Below are positions 1 to 12,370 of a DNA stretch of 64,000 nt, in pieces. Below the pieces are notes generated by a model, which was not told where the DNA came from, did no database searches, and saw nothing but the letters and a program-made list of their open reading frames with translations. How positions within the stretch are numbered: the first letter of the stretch is position 1; every line of letters begins with the position of its first letter. Position numbers and translations under genes: made by a program. Source of the stretch: Neoechinorhynchus agilis (Eukaryota > Animalia > Acanthocephala); contig CM121341.1 of assembly GCA_051530055.1 (NCBI GenBank), positions 11,758,784 through 11,822,783 on the forward strand. Reading direction: 5' to 3'.

Positions 1-1129
1 ACCGAAATCATCACTGAGTTCCTTCAATTATGTGTATTTCCACGATGTATTCTCAGTGAGATTGACGCTGTTTATTGTTCAAAGTTCATCAACGAGCTTC
101 ATCGTCTTAAATTGCAAAACTTCTCTACTATTATTTGTTTTGATAGAACATTCACGGAGACTATGGTACTTGTAGCAAGTTGCACTGAGTGCGAAGCTGA
201 GCGATTTGGACGATTCTTGGCTTGTATGCTGGAGACTGTAAAGCAGGGAACGAGTATGGATAAAGGCTATGGGCTAAAAATTCATTTTTATTATTATTCC
301 AATTCACGCGTTACTAAGTCACAAAATGAATTATTTAGGATATCTGAACAAATAAGCGTTTGACTAGGAGGAATCTTCTGTTCCTAGAGATAGATTTCAG
401 ATTCAAAAGGGTCCACTATTTATGGTTCTCGCTGCTTTATCTCGTTCCTATGCAATAATGCGCTGGCATAGAGACAAAGAGATATACGACAAGGAATGTC
501 TTCATTACCCCGGATTCTTAACAATGTTTCGGCATGCGAGTACACCTTCGTCCAACGCTAATCAGCAGCAGCCATCAACTGAAAAAAGTCCCGAGGAGCA
601 ACTTGATTACGAGAATTTCAGACACGTATGTTTCAAATGGCATTACACGCTAACTCGATCGATTGTAAGCTGTCTGGAATCGGGAGATTATCCGCAAATC
701 CGTAACGCCCTTAAAATTTTGACAAAGCTCCTTGTGGCTGACTACCCAAAAGTCGTCCGCTTGTATGAGAACATTGAAAAGAAAGTTGAAGCAATTTGTT
801 CAGCTCAGAAGGATAAAAGAGATGATGTTGCAACACTCGCAGTCGCTTATCTAGGTCAATTGAGAGCGATTCGCGGAAATGTTGTGCCAGAAGAACAGTT
901 TCATTTTAAGCCACAACCACCACCTTCGGCATCGGCACCTATCCAGAATTCGAAGACGTCGCCACCGCAGATCACTAACGAAAACGCCGATCATGATGGG
1001 AAAGGCGATAAGAAACCGGCACAAACAATGGTCGTTATTTCGGCTAGGAAGAGAGTACCTCCTTTGCCCGCTGATAAGCCCTTCTTTGAGGCAAAGAGAC
1101 CGAATAGAGTTTCCGAAGCCAAGAGATGA
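1..1129 (+). CDS. THOC2: THO complex subunit 2, 3' part (5'-partial); model join(<1..240,458..1129)
   Basis: Frame 1 reads [24 protein letters not shown]...[10 protein letters not shown]...[22 protein letters not shown] and, after an insert, [22 protein letters not shown]...[12 protein letters not shown]...[14 protein letters not shown], matching recalled THOC2 C-terminal motifs (GRFLCCMLETVTRWH, YENFRHVVHKWH). Confidence 0.93.
241..457 (+). other. Candidate non-canonical hairpin intron in THOC2 (217 nt, AA...AATA)
   Basis: GTA|AA-GCAGGGAACGAG...CTCGTTCCTATGC-AATA|ATG. The terminal arms pair, and removal gives ETV-MRWH with the conserved spacing. A GT-AG alternative (238-400) exists but adds 18 residues. 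Confidence 0.6.
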
Positions 1130-1944
1130 ACTTGAGCGTTTGGGGTTTTGTATAAAAGCTCATAATCATCATTTGTGTTCCAGGAATTGTGCGCGGTGCG
1201 TGTTAATGGATCTTAAAGTTAAAAATTGCGATTCTTTAATCTTGCCTTATTTGTTGTCCGAATCAGGGATATAAAGATCTTGCTGACTGAGTCTTTTACG
1301 ATAAAACGGAAAAGCAACGAAATTACAGTAATAATCTTTATTTTGGTGTATTGTCATTTGACTTATTAGTTTTCAGAGGCTAACTAAAGTTTTAATTTTA
1401 GAAAGATCGATGTGGCTGTATGCCTAAAACAGAAAATAAGCTCAGTAAGGGATGTTCTAAAAAATGAATCTACATAACCGACTTGCCAGTAAAGATAAAA
1501 AATCAGGTAGTTGAGAATATAAGCAAAACATTTAGATTGATGGACATTTTCGTGAGTCAAAAAAATATACGTCACCGATACAACTTTTGTGTGTATCGAT
1601 AGATCACTTGAGGATATCTGAACTATCGTTGACGAAGTGGCCGAGAAGTTAAGGCGACTGGTAATCTAATGGGTTGTCCCTCGTGTTCGAATTCCACCCC
1701 CATCGAACGTTCCGATATCCGCTTCGGTTTTCATTTGCCTCGCACACAGTTTTTCTGCGCCTGTCAAGTATTTTTCGTCTTTGCTTAATCTCATTCCTAT
1801 TTTAAATTTTAAGTGTACAGCGTCTAGATTTTTCTTGGTTTTCGGGTATTCAAATTGCCACCGCTTGTCACAAACGTAATCCACCCGTATCGGGAAACTC
1901 TTCGTTTACTAAAAAACAAAATTCACAATACAATTCTTACTCAA

Positions 1945-2406
1945 ATGACTTCTCGGGTATCGATCGCAATCCACTCCCTCATTTTGATTGGAATAATCGC
2001 GACAATTTCCAGCTTCATTATTATCGCATACCGAGATGGAAATTTTGAACCCGAATTCATAAAGAAATTATTTGATCCCGAATGCTTCGCCAGGTTTTGT
2101 ATCATGAACGGCAGAAGAGTAACTTTTGTCGTGACGATGACCGCCGGCGTTATGTGTTCTATTCTCTGCTCCTGTTGTTTCATTATCCGTTGCCGATGTT
2201 GCAAACGCGAATACTCTTTATTTATAAGTTTCATTATGGCGATCATTGGAGGATGTTTGACATTCTTTGGTTTGATACTTTATCTGATGCTTCATGAATT
2301 TCGTATACCCGCGATCGCCATAGTCGGTGTCTTCGGAGGAATCATGACTGTGATCGGTGATATTTGCGTTTGCCAAAACATTATTGTATCGTGTGTTAAA
2401 GAATAA
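1945..2406 (+). CDS. Small four-transmembrane, Cys-rich membrane protein (orphan)
   Basis: Intronless ORF from ATG 1945 with four hydrophobic segments and a Cys cluster (CSILCSCCFIIRCRCCK). No family recognised. Confidence 0.55.
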   Translation: MTSRVSIAIHSLILIGIIATISSFIIIAYRDGNFEPEFIKKLFDPECFARFCIMNGRRVTFVVTMTAGVMCSILCSCCFIIRCRCCKREYSLFISFIMAIIGGCLTFFGLILYLMLHEFRIPAIAIVGVFGGIMTVIGDICVCQNIIVSCVKE

Positions 2407-2516
2407 AGCGATGATCGAAATATGTATAAATATTCGATATTCCGGCAAAAAATTTAAGTCTTAAGATTAAGATCGTTTTAGAAGATAGTCTAGGCAGATC
2501 AACGATTTGTGTCGCT

Positions 2517-4560
2517 TTGAATTATCACACGATTTTCGAATCTGCCGCCGGAATCACAAATGGTGGATTCGTTTTGCTGGGCATCGGGATGGTTCCTTCT
2601 TCACTGACACGATGACCTAGAAAGTCGAGAGCCTTTACGCCGAATACGCACTTTGGCAGGTTGATGGCTAGTCCCTGTTCAGCTAGACGAGTGAATAGGA
2701 CTCTAAGGTCGCGTAAATGATCGGCCTGATTGTAACTGGCGATGAGGATGTCATCCAGGTACACGAAAGCGAAATCGAGACTGGAGCAGACTGCGTCCAT
2801 CAGCCTTTGAAAGGTTTGTGCAGCATTTTTGAGGCCAAAAGGCATCCTGATGAATTCGAACAAACCGAATGGCGTTATGATTGCCGTCTTAGGTATGTCT
2901 TGGTCTGCGACCGGGATTTGATGATAGCCTCGGACCAAATCGACCTTCGAGAATATCTTCCGTCCGAAAAGCTGCGCTGAGAAATCGTGGATGTGAGGGA
3001 CCGGATATCTATCAGGAGTGGTGATTTCGTTTAATCATCGATAATCGCCGCACGGCCTCCATGTGCCGTCTGATTTCGGAACCACGTGTAACGGAGACGC
3101 CCACTGGCTGCTTGATCGTCGAATGATTCCGAGCGATTCCATTCTGACGAATTCCTCTGGTGCGATGGCTAGTTTCTCAGGTGTAAGGTTTCGCGCGCGT
3201 GCGTGGATAGGAGCACGATTCGTTTGAATATGGTGCCGCACACCATGCTTTACCTCAGTACCCGAGAAATCGTGAGTACTGATGCCCGGGAATGCACTCA
3301 ACATCTTTGCGTAAATCGAAATTTTTGGACTTGTAGTATTCACTTGAGCTACTTCGGTTTCTTTTCGTGATGAGGGAATACCTTCTCCCCTGTGGTTTAA
3401 TCGGTCGACCAACTTTTACCCACGGGCATCGACTAGCAGTCCGCTGTGTCGAAGGAAATCAGCCCCAGCAACGGTTGCCGCACAGCTGCGATCAGAAACT
3501 TCCACTTAATCGTCCATTTACCGAAACGAAGCACCACCATCCGGCTCCCGAATGTTTTGATTGAGGAGCCGTTAGCCGCGGTAAGTGTTCGGCTTTGTGC
3601 ACTAACTGACTTATCAGCTATCGATGCCGGCATAACACTCACCTCGGCACCGGTGCCCACTAGAAATCGTCGACTTGTCCCACTGTCGTGAACATAGAAT
3701 AACGTGTTTATTTCCTTAGCAGTTTTTTTAAACGCGTCTTGTGCCATCTAACAAGGTGGTCGACAACGCTTGGCGCGGTTGCCGTACCGTTGGTGATAGA
3801 AGCAAATATCCGTTTGCTTCTTTTTGGTTTGTTCGGCAGGGAATACGAAATCGGTGTTTTGTTTAGTCGATCCCGCGGTGGACCGCTTTGCCCTGAACAA
3901 TTCGTCGGCTGCTTGTGCAAGTTTACGGGGATCCGTAATCTTGGAGTGAACAAGTACCGAGCGCATGTCCTCAGGTAGCCGCTCCATGAACATCTGCATG
4001 AACAAGAAGCAGGGGGGTGTTTCCCGAGGTATCCTAACATCTTGTCCATGAGTTCTGATGGTTGAGCGTACCCTAGTTCCTCCATGTATAGAATCCGGCT
4101 GGCACGCTCGTATTCCGACAAGGAAAATGTATCGAGTAAGCGGTCTTTGAGTGCGTCGTACTTCTTTTGCTGCGGCGGAGTCTCCAGGAGATCTATTACT
4201 CGTCCGGCAGTATTTTGATCCAGAGCTGCGAGGACGTAATAGAATTTGGTGTCGTCTGCGTAATGCTCCTCAGTGCAAATTGAGCCTCAGCTTGCACGAA
4301 CCACACTCGGGATTGTTCGATCCAAAAAAGGTGGCAGTTTCATGCTTACCGCTTGAATCGATGCCTGACTGTCCATATCTTGTTGCTTCGCTAACAAGCG
4401 TCGGGGTCACCAATGTAGTTCAACTCAAAAACCAACGCGCTCTGCTTTCTAGTTGTACTACATGCACCATGCGTGCATATCAATTGGTGGACCTCTGACG
4501 TACTCGCCACACAGATACATTTTCAATTCGAAAAATTAACAAGGCGAAACACACGCACTT
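2517..4560 (-). mobile_element. Degenerate Ty3/Gypsy LTR retrotransposon (5' LTR remnant, gag, protease, RT; 3'-truncated)
   Basis: Gag knuckle CFYHQRYGNRAKRC, protease-like FLVGTGAEVS, RT motifs [33 protein letters not shown] and YLDD. Frameshifts and stops throughout. Confidence 0.9.
4399..4412 (-). promoter_or_regulatory. Primer-binding site (tRNA-Trp type) of the Gypsy element
   Basis: Minus strand reads ...CTACA-T-TGGTGACCCCGACG directly after an LTR-like CA end. The sequence matches the known tRNA-Trp PBS. Confidence 0.75.
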
Positions 4561-7060
4561 AGAAATAGACGCAGACTCCAGACAGTTGTTGACGATTACA
4601 ACGCCATTCGGTCTATTTCGTTATAAAAGGCTTCCCTCCGGGACCAAGAGTGCGCCCAAACTATTTCAACGGTTTATTGATGGTTTGTTGAAAGATATTC
4701 CACATGTAGCGGCGTACCTGGACTATATTATCGTTACTGGTACGAATGATGACGAACATCGAACCAATTTATTTGAAGTGTTGAATAGGTTTAACGAAGC
4801 AGGCGTACGAATAAAGGCCGATAAGTGTGCTGTAATGGAAGATAGCGTGCAGTATTTGGGGCACACAATCAACAGAGGGATGATTCAACCGACCAAAGAA
4901 AAGATTGAAGATTTGCTGAAGGTCCCAAGACCTCGAAATATTATGCAATTGAAGAGTTTCCTTGGATTAGTGGATTTTCAAGAGCGATATTTTCCGAAGC
5001 TGCATCCGATATGTGCGCCACTTTACGAGCTAACAAGGAAAGGAACTCGATTCGAATGGAAACAATATCACTCAAATGCATTCAATCAAATTAAAGAAAT
5101 GCTGACGAATACACAGAATCTCTTGTCATATGATGAAAATAAGAAAATAGTTATCAATTGCGATGCTTGTGACACCAGAATAGTTGCTGTATTATTCCAC
5201 GAATTGGAGGACGGATGGAAGCATCCTGTCATGCTCGCTTCAAGGGTATTGCGAAAATCAGAAAAGAATTACTCGGTTCTTGACAAAGAAGCGTTGGCTT
5301 TGATTTTCGCGGTGCAGAAGTTCCACTTCTACATATATGGACGGAAATTCACGCTCGAAACCGACCACAAGCCAGTGCAATACATTTTCGGAACCAAAAG
5401 AGAACTGTCGAAAATTACTAATAATCGTCTGGTTCGATGGCAGTCAAATTAAATGAATACGATTATGACATAAGAGCGATTGATGGAAGTAGAAATAAGG
5501 TAGCTGACTGCTTATCGAGGTTAGCAAACAAGAATATAAGTGATGGGGCGAGTAACGAAGAAGAGATTCAAATCGGAATGGTGGTTGAGGAAAAATCGTG
5601 TAAGATTGAGATTTCGGAGAACACAATACGCAGCACCACGAGGGACGATGTTCCATTAGGGAGGATCCTGCAATATATAAAATATGGCTGGCCACGTGAG
5701 ATTAGCTCGACAGATCTTCCATTTCGGAAGGTTAGAGACGAATTGAGCGTTGTAAATGAGATAATTTTACATATTGACCGATTAGTAATTCCTAAGAGTT
5801 TGAGAAGGTGCGTATTGGATCATCTACATGCAAGACACACCGGAAGGGATGCGATGATCGCAATGAGTCAGTATTATGTGTTTTGGCCCAAGATGGAAGA
5901 AGAGATCAGACAAACGATCGCGATGTGTGAATTTTGCCAAACAAATAGGCAAAACAAAAGGGGGAGTACCTTTGTTGAGTTGGTACTGGCCTGCAGAACC
6001 ATGGGAAAGAGTACACGTTGACTTGGCGGGGCCAGTAAATGGCGATACATACCTAATTCTGGTCGATGCGAACACAAAATGACCGGAGGTATGGTCGCTG
6101 GTTCGAAATTCGACGACCACGCAAGTCATACGATGTCTAAGGAGGTGTTTCTGCAGATTCGGGCACCGAAATCAATTGTGTCAGACAATGGCCACAGTTT
6201 ATTTCGAATGAGTTTTCACGGTTTTGCAGCGAATTTCAAATCAAACATATAAAAGCTAGTCCATATCATCCGGAAACTAACGGCTTAGCCGAGAGGTTCA
6301 TAAGAACGCTGAAACGACGAACATGGATATCCGGAAAAGGAATAAAGATGGAAAACATGGACCAATTCTTGTATATTTATAGGAACACTCCTCACACGAC
6401 GACGGGAAGTACACCGACGGAGCTAATGCTTGGTCGTCGCTTACGGACGATATTTGACAATATGTGAAACCAAGCACACAAGCGAGAATCGAAGAGAGAA
6501 ATCGAGTCAGAGAGGAGAAATCGGCAGTGGGAAATAGGTTGGTCACGTTCAAGCATGAGGAGCCGGTATGGTTCAAGCATGAGCGAAACGATAAATGGAG
6601 AAGCGGCTCCATCACGAAAGTTCAAGGACCTGTTTCGTACCAGCTCAAAGAAGACAATGACCAAGAGCGACGCTGTCATGCGGATTATATCAGGCATAGA
6701 GAAGTTGAGGATATAACAACCAATGAGAATATAGATGTAGAGAAAAAGGGAAAGGAAGAAGATGAAGGGGAGAAATGGCTTATTAAAAAGATGGTGGATT
6801 CACAATTAGAAAAAGATGAAGCCAATCCACAACAATCAATAAAAGAGCCAATCGAAGAAATCAAGATTATGCCGCGCAGGAGTCAAAGGATTCGGAAGGA
6901 AACCCAAACTTCCATGCGGTGACTATTAAAAAAGAGAAAAGGGGAGAGATGTTATAGTGGGCATGATGTCGTCATGCCCTCGACCGGGTGATACACGGAA
7001 GTAACTGCATGCGCGTATATGTGGATGTGTGTGCGTTCTGTTTTGGGTACGATAGAACAT
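4561..7060 (+). mobile_element. Second degenerate Ty3/Gypsy element (RT, RNase H, integrase, PPT, start of 3' LTR)
   Basis: TPFGLFRYKRLPSG, YLD(Y), EKEALA-like DKEALALIFAVQKFHFYIYGRKFTLETDHKP, integrase H/C motif HARHTG...CEFC and VDLAGP, SPYHPETNGLAERF. Polypurine tract about 6928-6949 followed by TG at 6950. Confidence 0.9.
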
Positions 7061-7069
7061 GTCTACTAG

Positions 7070-8100
7070 CGATTCGGTCACACTCACCAAAGGCGTCCAT
7101 CAAGGTGCTGTGCTGTCACAACTTCTCTTTAATATTTTCCTAAATGACCTCAAACCTCTCTCCTCTCACTCTGAACTATTCTTATATGCCGACGATGTCA
7201 CCCATTCACCCCCACCTCTCCCTTTCTTTAACCTCTAAAGAAATCACACACATGAAAGATTGCTGAGTTTCTCTAAATGCTTCGAAATGATCCCCTCATT
7301 GTTACGTAACCTCGCATCCTCTGCCGAGCTTCTAAATGACATACTACGCGTAGCCTCCCTAAAAATTCTGGGTCGCCAATTTCAATCAAATTTGAAATCG
7401 GACTTGCATATAACTCTCTCCCTCCAAGCGCAACACTTTTAAAATTTATCAACTCAATCGCCTCCGACATTTAGGAATTCCTTCACCCGACCTCTACAAA
7501 TTTTGCTTCTGCTTTATCTTACCATCCGTCATTTACGGTTACCCCCTATTTTGCAAGCTTTCTAAATCGCTAATCCGCCGTCTCGAAATTCTTCACAAAA
7601 GAGCATCTAAAATTTGCACAGCTGACTTTTCGCCTCTGACCTAATACCTTGATGCTATTTTCATAAAATAATGAAAATGCTTCGCAGCCCGACCACCACA
7701 ATTTCTTCCACATATCGGTCCCTTTTCACACGAGCACAACACTCGTAATCCTAATTCGTTTCACCCTCCTATAACTCGCAGCTCACTATATCTGCGCTCC
7801 TTTTTCCATGCTGGCCAATCTTCTATGATATCATGACCTGAAATGATTCTGAGGAAAGAGCAACCTTACAAGCGCTCCTGTAAGCAATAAACACCAATTC
7901 CCACTAGAACGGACCTTCCCACCCAACCGGATATTCTCAAACGTACGGACACATCCTCACCCGAACGAACCGTCCCCGACTGGATAGTTCCCACCCGAAT
8001 AGGCATACCTCCGACCATATATTACTTCCTGAACGAACATCCCTCGACTGCATATTCCCATATTAACGGATGAGGACCCAAAGGTACATCGGTCCTTCTT
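7070..8100 (+). mobile_element. Non-LTR retrotransposon family A, 5'-truncated, degenerate
   Basis: GVHQGAVLSQLLFNIFLNDL and LYADD RT motifs. The 3' region is shared with 20947-21245 and 60262-60850 and ends in GAGGACCCAAAGGTACATCGGTCC plus a CTT tail. Confidence 0.8.
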
Positions 8101-8234
8101 ATTCGTTAAAATCCTGATCTTCTTATCAATGACTGTACTCCGTTTCGATTATTTCCAACCCGATCCAACCAAGAGAATTCTTATATAGGGAGTACCGTAC
8201 TCCCTGGCTCCGATCCTTCAATGATGATGTACAA

Positions 8235-8850
8235 TTGATAGTCAAAGTCACTTATTTCGGAGGAAAGCTCAAAGTTCATTTGACAAATGAAGTATATCGG
8301 AAACGATTTCAAAACTTCTTGGCACCGAAAATGATCCCTGGAATGGCCTTTGAGAACAGCTCCCACGAATCAACATTTCAAATCTCTGAAATTTCTCCAG
8401 ATTTCGACAAGGATGACAAGAAAGTATTCGAAAAAAATTCCAATGCAACATATTGTTTTTCAATAAATCTCGTAAGTCAGGGAAAACAATTCCCTGAGGT
8501 GTAATGAAAGCTGACATCGACACAAGGAACTCCCCGATACAAAGAAAAAAAAATTTCCAATCCATGGAAATTACACCCACGATGAATGAAATATTTAGGT
8601 CGGATGATTATACTTTTCCTCGCTGCGCCGGATGCCAACAGTGGGGTCATTGGGGACAACATTGGCTGACTAAGAAAATCGCATGCGCGTACGGTGGTGA
8701 TGAGTATTCGAGTGGGAACTGCTCGAGACGAATTAAAAGATGCGCGAACTGTGGTCACGAAGGACACTGCGCTTTCGCTAGAACCTGCACTTCCTTGAAA
8801 AGTTTTGTTTATTGGGCCAAAAACAAAGATGTCCAGAAAAGATGCATGAA
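8235..8850 (+). mobile_element. Gag-like ORF1 fragment of a LINE (Cys/His knuckles)
   Basis: RCAGCQQWGH...CAYGGDEYSSGNC...CANCGHEGH..FARTC resembles the triple zinc knuckle of I/Jockey-type ORF1. Broken by a frameshift. Confidence 0.6.
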
Positions 8851-8851
8851 A

Positions 8852-9640
8852 TCAAGGGTCGCGATGGGGTCATCCGAGCTAGATTGTTGGCAGTTTCGAC
8901 ACGAGAATCGGGGCGTGGTTGGAGGCTGTTCCTCTGGCGTCTGTGGTGACTCTTCGCACTGATGAGGTAACGAGGATCGCTGGTTCCTTAAGACTTGGTC
9001 TCCCGATATGCACATCTCGTCGCTGTCGATGTGGGTCTTTGGTTGATGCTTTCGGGCGACACGGTCTCGTTTGCCGAAAGTCAGGAGGAAGGTTCTCACG
9101 CCATTCTGAGATCAATAGCGTAATTTCTCGGGCGTTGACTACGGCGAACTTCCACTACATCTTGGAACCCGCCCATCTTTGTCGACTAGACGGTCGTTGA
9201 CCTGACGGAATTTCGGTCTTTCCGTGGCATGAGGGCAAATGCCTTCTCTGGGACGCCACGTGTGTGGACACCTTCGCAGTAAGTAATATTCCCTACTCGC
9301 TCGAAATCGCTGGAGGTGCAGCCAGTGCAGCGGAAGAGAGGAAGGTATGAAAATATAGGGATTTAGCAAGGGCCCACTATTTTGCCCCCCTTCGGAGTAG
9401 AGACGTATGGAGCGCTAGAATGGAGCGCTAGACAGCTCGGCACTCATTCTGCTCCAGGATCTCTCGAAGAAATTGAAAGAAACGACATGCGATGCACGAG
9501 CAGGTGTATTCCTGTGACAAAATATCTCGCTTGTAGTACAACGAGGCAATGCTGCTAGCGTGATAGTGACAGCCGAGGAAGGAGAGAAGCTCCAATTATG
9601 CGGACGGTGGTGATTGCACGTTTTGTGCTTTATTAATTTT
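8852..9640 (+). mobile_element. CRE-like RLE retroelement, 3' fragment
   Basis: Highly similar to 24905-26766 and 34460-37767 (CRCGSLVDAFGRHGLVC, PDG, LWDATCVDT). Shares the 3' end GGACGGTGGTGATTG.ACGTTTTGT with the 24.9 kb copy. Confidence 0.88.
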
Positions 9641-9739
9641 TACTTCTATGCCGTCAGCCTCACACTCTCGTACACCAAGAAGCTGTTGCTAAGAAGTCAA
9701 TACAACCAACAAACAACGAGATAAAGTATCTTGATCAAA

Positions 9740-10330
9740 TCTTGAGCGAATTTTCAACAAATATTTTTAAAATGATATACCTGAGGATAAGTGCTGCGAT
9801 CCACAACCTCGAAAAAATGCTGGAAAAACACTTTGAGAGGCTGGCCACTTCCCTTTCGCAGAGCCTTAATCGAATCAGTTTAATTCCATCTAATGGAACT
9901 CAGGTACCTGTTAAAAGATCTTATGTTCAAATCGTAGACGAGTCGAGAGCAGTGACCATTTTGGACAATGAAATGGATGACTACGAAGTCGTCGTTCGAC
10001 ACGTGACTGATGAACCAAAACAATTGTTCTCCTAGGGTATGGTGGAGCTAATTAAAAAGAAGAGAGCCGGTCCATGACCGAGTTAAGGTTGGTGCAATGG
10101 AACTCCGGTGGTCGTCTGGGTATTCCTAAAATACTGGTCGAAGCTGAGAAATACGAGGCGGTTTTCATCCAGGAAATAAATAGTATCCACACACTTCATG
10201 ATTTACCACCATTTTGCGCATAACAAAGAAATAATAAAGGACTTACTGAATGCCGAAATAAACTTCCTTTTCGGAGACTTTAATGACCCTTCCGGAAAAT
10301 GGATTCATGTGATTATCCGCTCTACGGACT
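9740..10330 (+). mobile_element. LINE family B fragment (ORF1 end plus internally deleted APE endonuclease)
   Basis: IYLRISAAIHNLEKML resembles ORF1 at 63472-63909. LVQWNSGGRLGIP, FIQE and FGDFNDP resemble the APE at 62715-63335. Confidence 0.7.
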
Positions 10331-10809
10331 CTCACGATATTGTCTGCTCTCCTTACCATACGTTTATCTGTGTTTAGCGAGAAAGTTGTCCACAATCAAA
10401 TCTACAGTTCCTCTTAATCAGAGCTGTTCCGCATTTCCGGTCACCCTAAACATCCAACTTTTCAACTCAGCTGCATCTTTTTCTTCGAATGCGGTAACGA
10501 CGTGCTTCTCAGGGCCTTGAATGGCTTTCTGGCAGAGTCGAGTTATTCATTTGTAACTGCGGTCAACAGATGCACAAGGGGGAGAGACAAACTGCGACTA
10601 TTGTCCTGCTTCCCTACTCTTCCTCGTGGTGGATAATCGCCACTAAAAACGGCTTATCCCCTCGCAGGGCGCTTCCGGTGCCTGGGTTTAAGAAGATTGC
10701 TTAATTGTAGTGGTCAAGGCCCTCCTATATGTCGCTCAAACGACGAAGGCTAAATTGTCACCCAATTGCATTATCAGGCATTGAAACTCAAAAAATCTCC
10801 ACGAATGAT

Positions 10810-10997
10810 GGTAGCGGTATTTCACCGGCGCAGCCTCCCGCCTATTCAACGCCCATCATATTTCTTCACAGATCCCCGCTGTTACTCTCCAAACATGTTC
10901 GCTTTGCTGTGGTTTCGCTAGGCTGCAGACAGGGGCAGTAGGAATCTCAATAATCCATTCATGCACGTCACTAATTAGATGACGAGGCATTTGGTTA
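10810..10997 (-). rRNA. 28S rRNA gene fragment (pseudogenic, with internal deletion)
   Basis: Minus strand reads TAACCAAATGCCTCGTCATCTAATTAGTGACGTGCATGAATGGATT...CTAGCGAAACCACAGC...CAGCGGGGA//TCTGTGAAG...GGTGAAATACCGCTAC, matching universal LSU motifs. The segment after CAGCGGGGA is missing (about 10872). Confidence 0.9.
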
Positions 10998-11125
10998 TGC
11001 ACCGATTTATTAAAGTAACTTGAGAGCTCTCAAGGATATTTTGCATTGAATCTGTAAGTTATAATGTTGTTAATTTCATTTATGTGTCGTAGCCTGCTTT
11101 CATTGTGACTCTAGGTGGACATTGA

Positions 11126-11723
11126 AACAACAACATATCTTTGAACTTTTCTCTCATTTGAGAGGTCGTTCTTTTCAGCATTGTCGGCTTTCGTCTTTGT
11201 TCTTCTCCTTTCCCAGCGTCGTGAAATCTCCGCTCACACTGTCCTCCCACCTTTTCTTGAGCCCCTCGAGCTCGATTCTCCATGCGCTCTTCACCCAGGC
11301 GTCTTCATCTGCTTGTGTCACCTGCAGGTACCATACCATCCACCTCTTAGCGATTGCATCCTTGATCGGCTCGACAGCAAACAGCTTTCGCACCTCATCA
11401 TTGGGCACTCGATCCTTGCGTGTCAATCCTGCGGACGATCTCAGCATCCGCATTTCGTCGACGGCTAATCGTTGAACGTCTTCCTTCTTCGTAGCCTACG
11501 TCTCTGCTCCGTAGAGCATGGCGGGTCGCACTACTGCCTTGTACATCCGCCAGTTAAGCTTGTTCGGGAGACGCTTATCGCAAAGGATGCCTGTTGTCTT
11601 TCTCCAGTTGTTCCACCTGCATTGAACTCTTTGTCCGATCTCTGGTACGAGCTCACATTGCATGTTCAGCATGTTGCCCAAATATTTGAAAACATTTTTT
11701 AAAATTCGGTTGATCGTTTGCAT
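11126..11723 (-). mobile_element. RTE-clade LINE, 3' fragment
   Basis: FKYLG, WRKTTGILCDKRLP..LNWRMYKAVVRPAMLYGAET and EMRMLR..AGLTRKDRVPND are typical RTE C-terminal motifs. Ends in a (GTT)n-like tail. Confidence 0.88.
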
Positions 11724-12055
11724 TCATTGACGCTATTATTTGCACAGGCGGACAGCTCCGGGTGTGCTGCAGTTCTAACGGCGACACTACATTACCTAAA
11801 GTTTGATCGATCTAAACCAGAGTCCACCTCGACTCAGTGGCAGGTATATACGATGCCTTTGTTCAGATATTTACGCAGAAATTGAAGTCTTTTAAGACTT
11901 GCCCTGTAATACTATTCAATTTGTTCAAGATTCGTGACCGAAATATCAACTGGGCTCTGCAACTCCGCCATCAGCTTTGGAGGCCATAATCATTCAGAAT
12001 ATGCGCGACCTGCGTTGGGTTCAACTGAGCAGCTTTGATACGATTAAGTAATTCG

Positions 12056-12370
12056 TCAATAAGATGCACCACTTCTTGTTTTCTTTGTACTTGACCATGG
12101 TGAGCCTCCCAAATACTTGACTGGGTCACCCTCGAGATAAGATCGACACTTATTGGGTGATAAGTTCATCCTATTGGGTCGGTATATACTATCTGAGGGA
12201 TGTAAGTCATTCCGTATCCCTCTAAGGTCATTCTGTGCTTCGTCGAGGCATATCGAAAAGAGCCGTGGTGATAGAAGATCTTGCTTCACATCCCGGTCGA
12301 AGCGAACTGGTCTTGATGGCGGACTCATTGGTGAGTGGTTTCTAGTGAAACTGGACTCAAACATACTCAT
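12056..12370 (-). mobile_element. Degenerate non-LTR RT fragment
   Basis: VRFDRDVKQDLLSPRLFSICLD (GV.QG..LSP.LF-like) and VKYLG. Confidence 0.55.
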
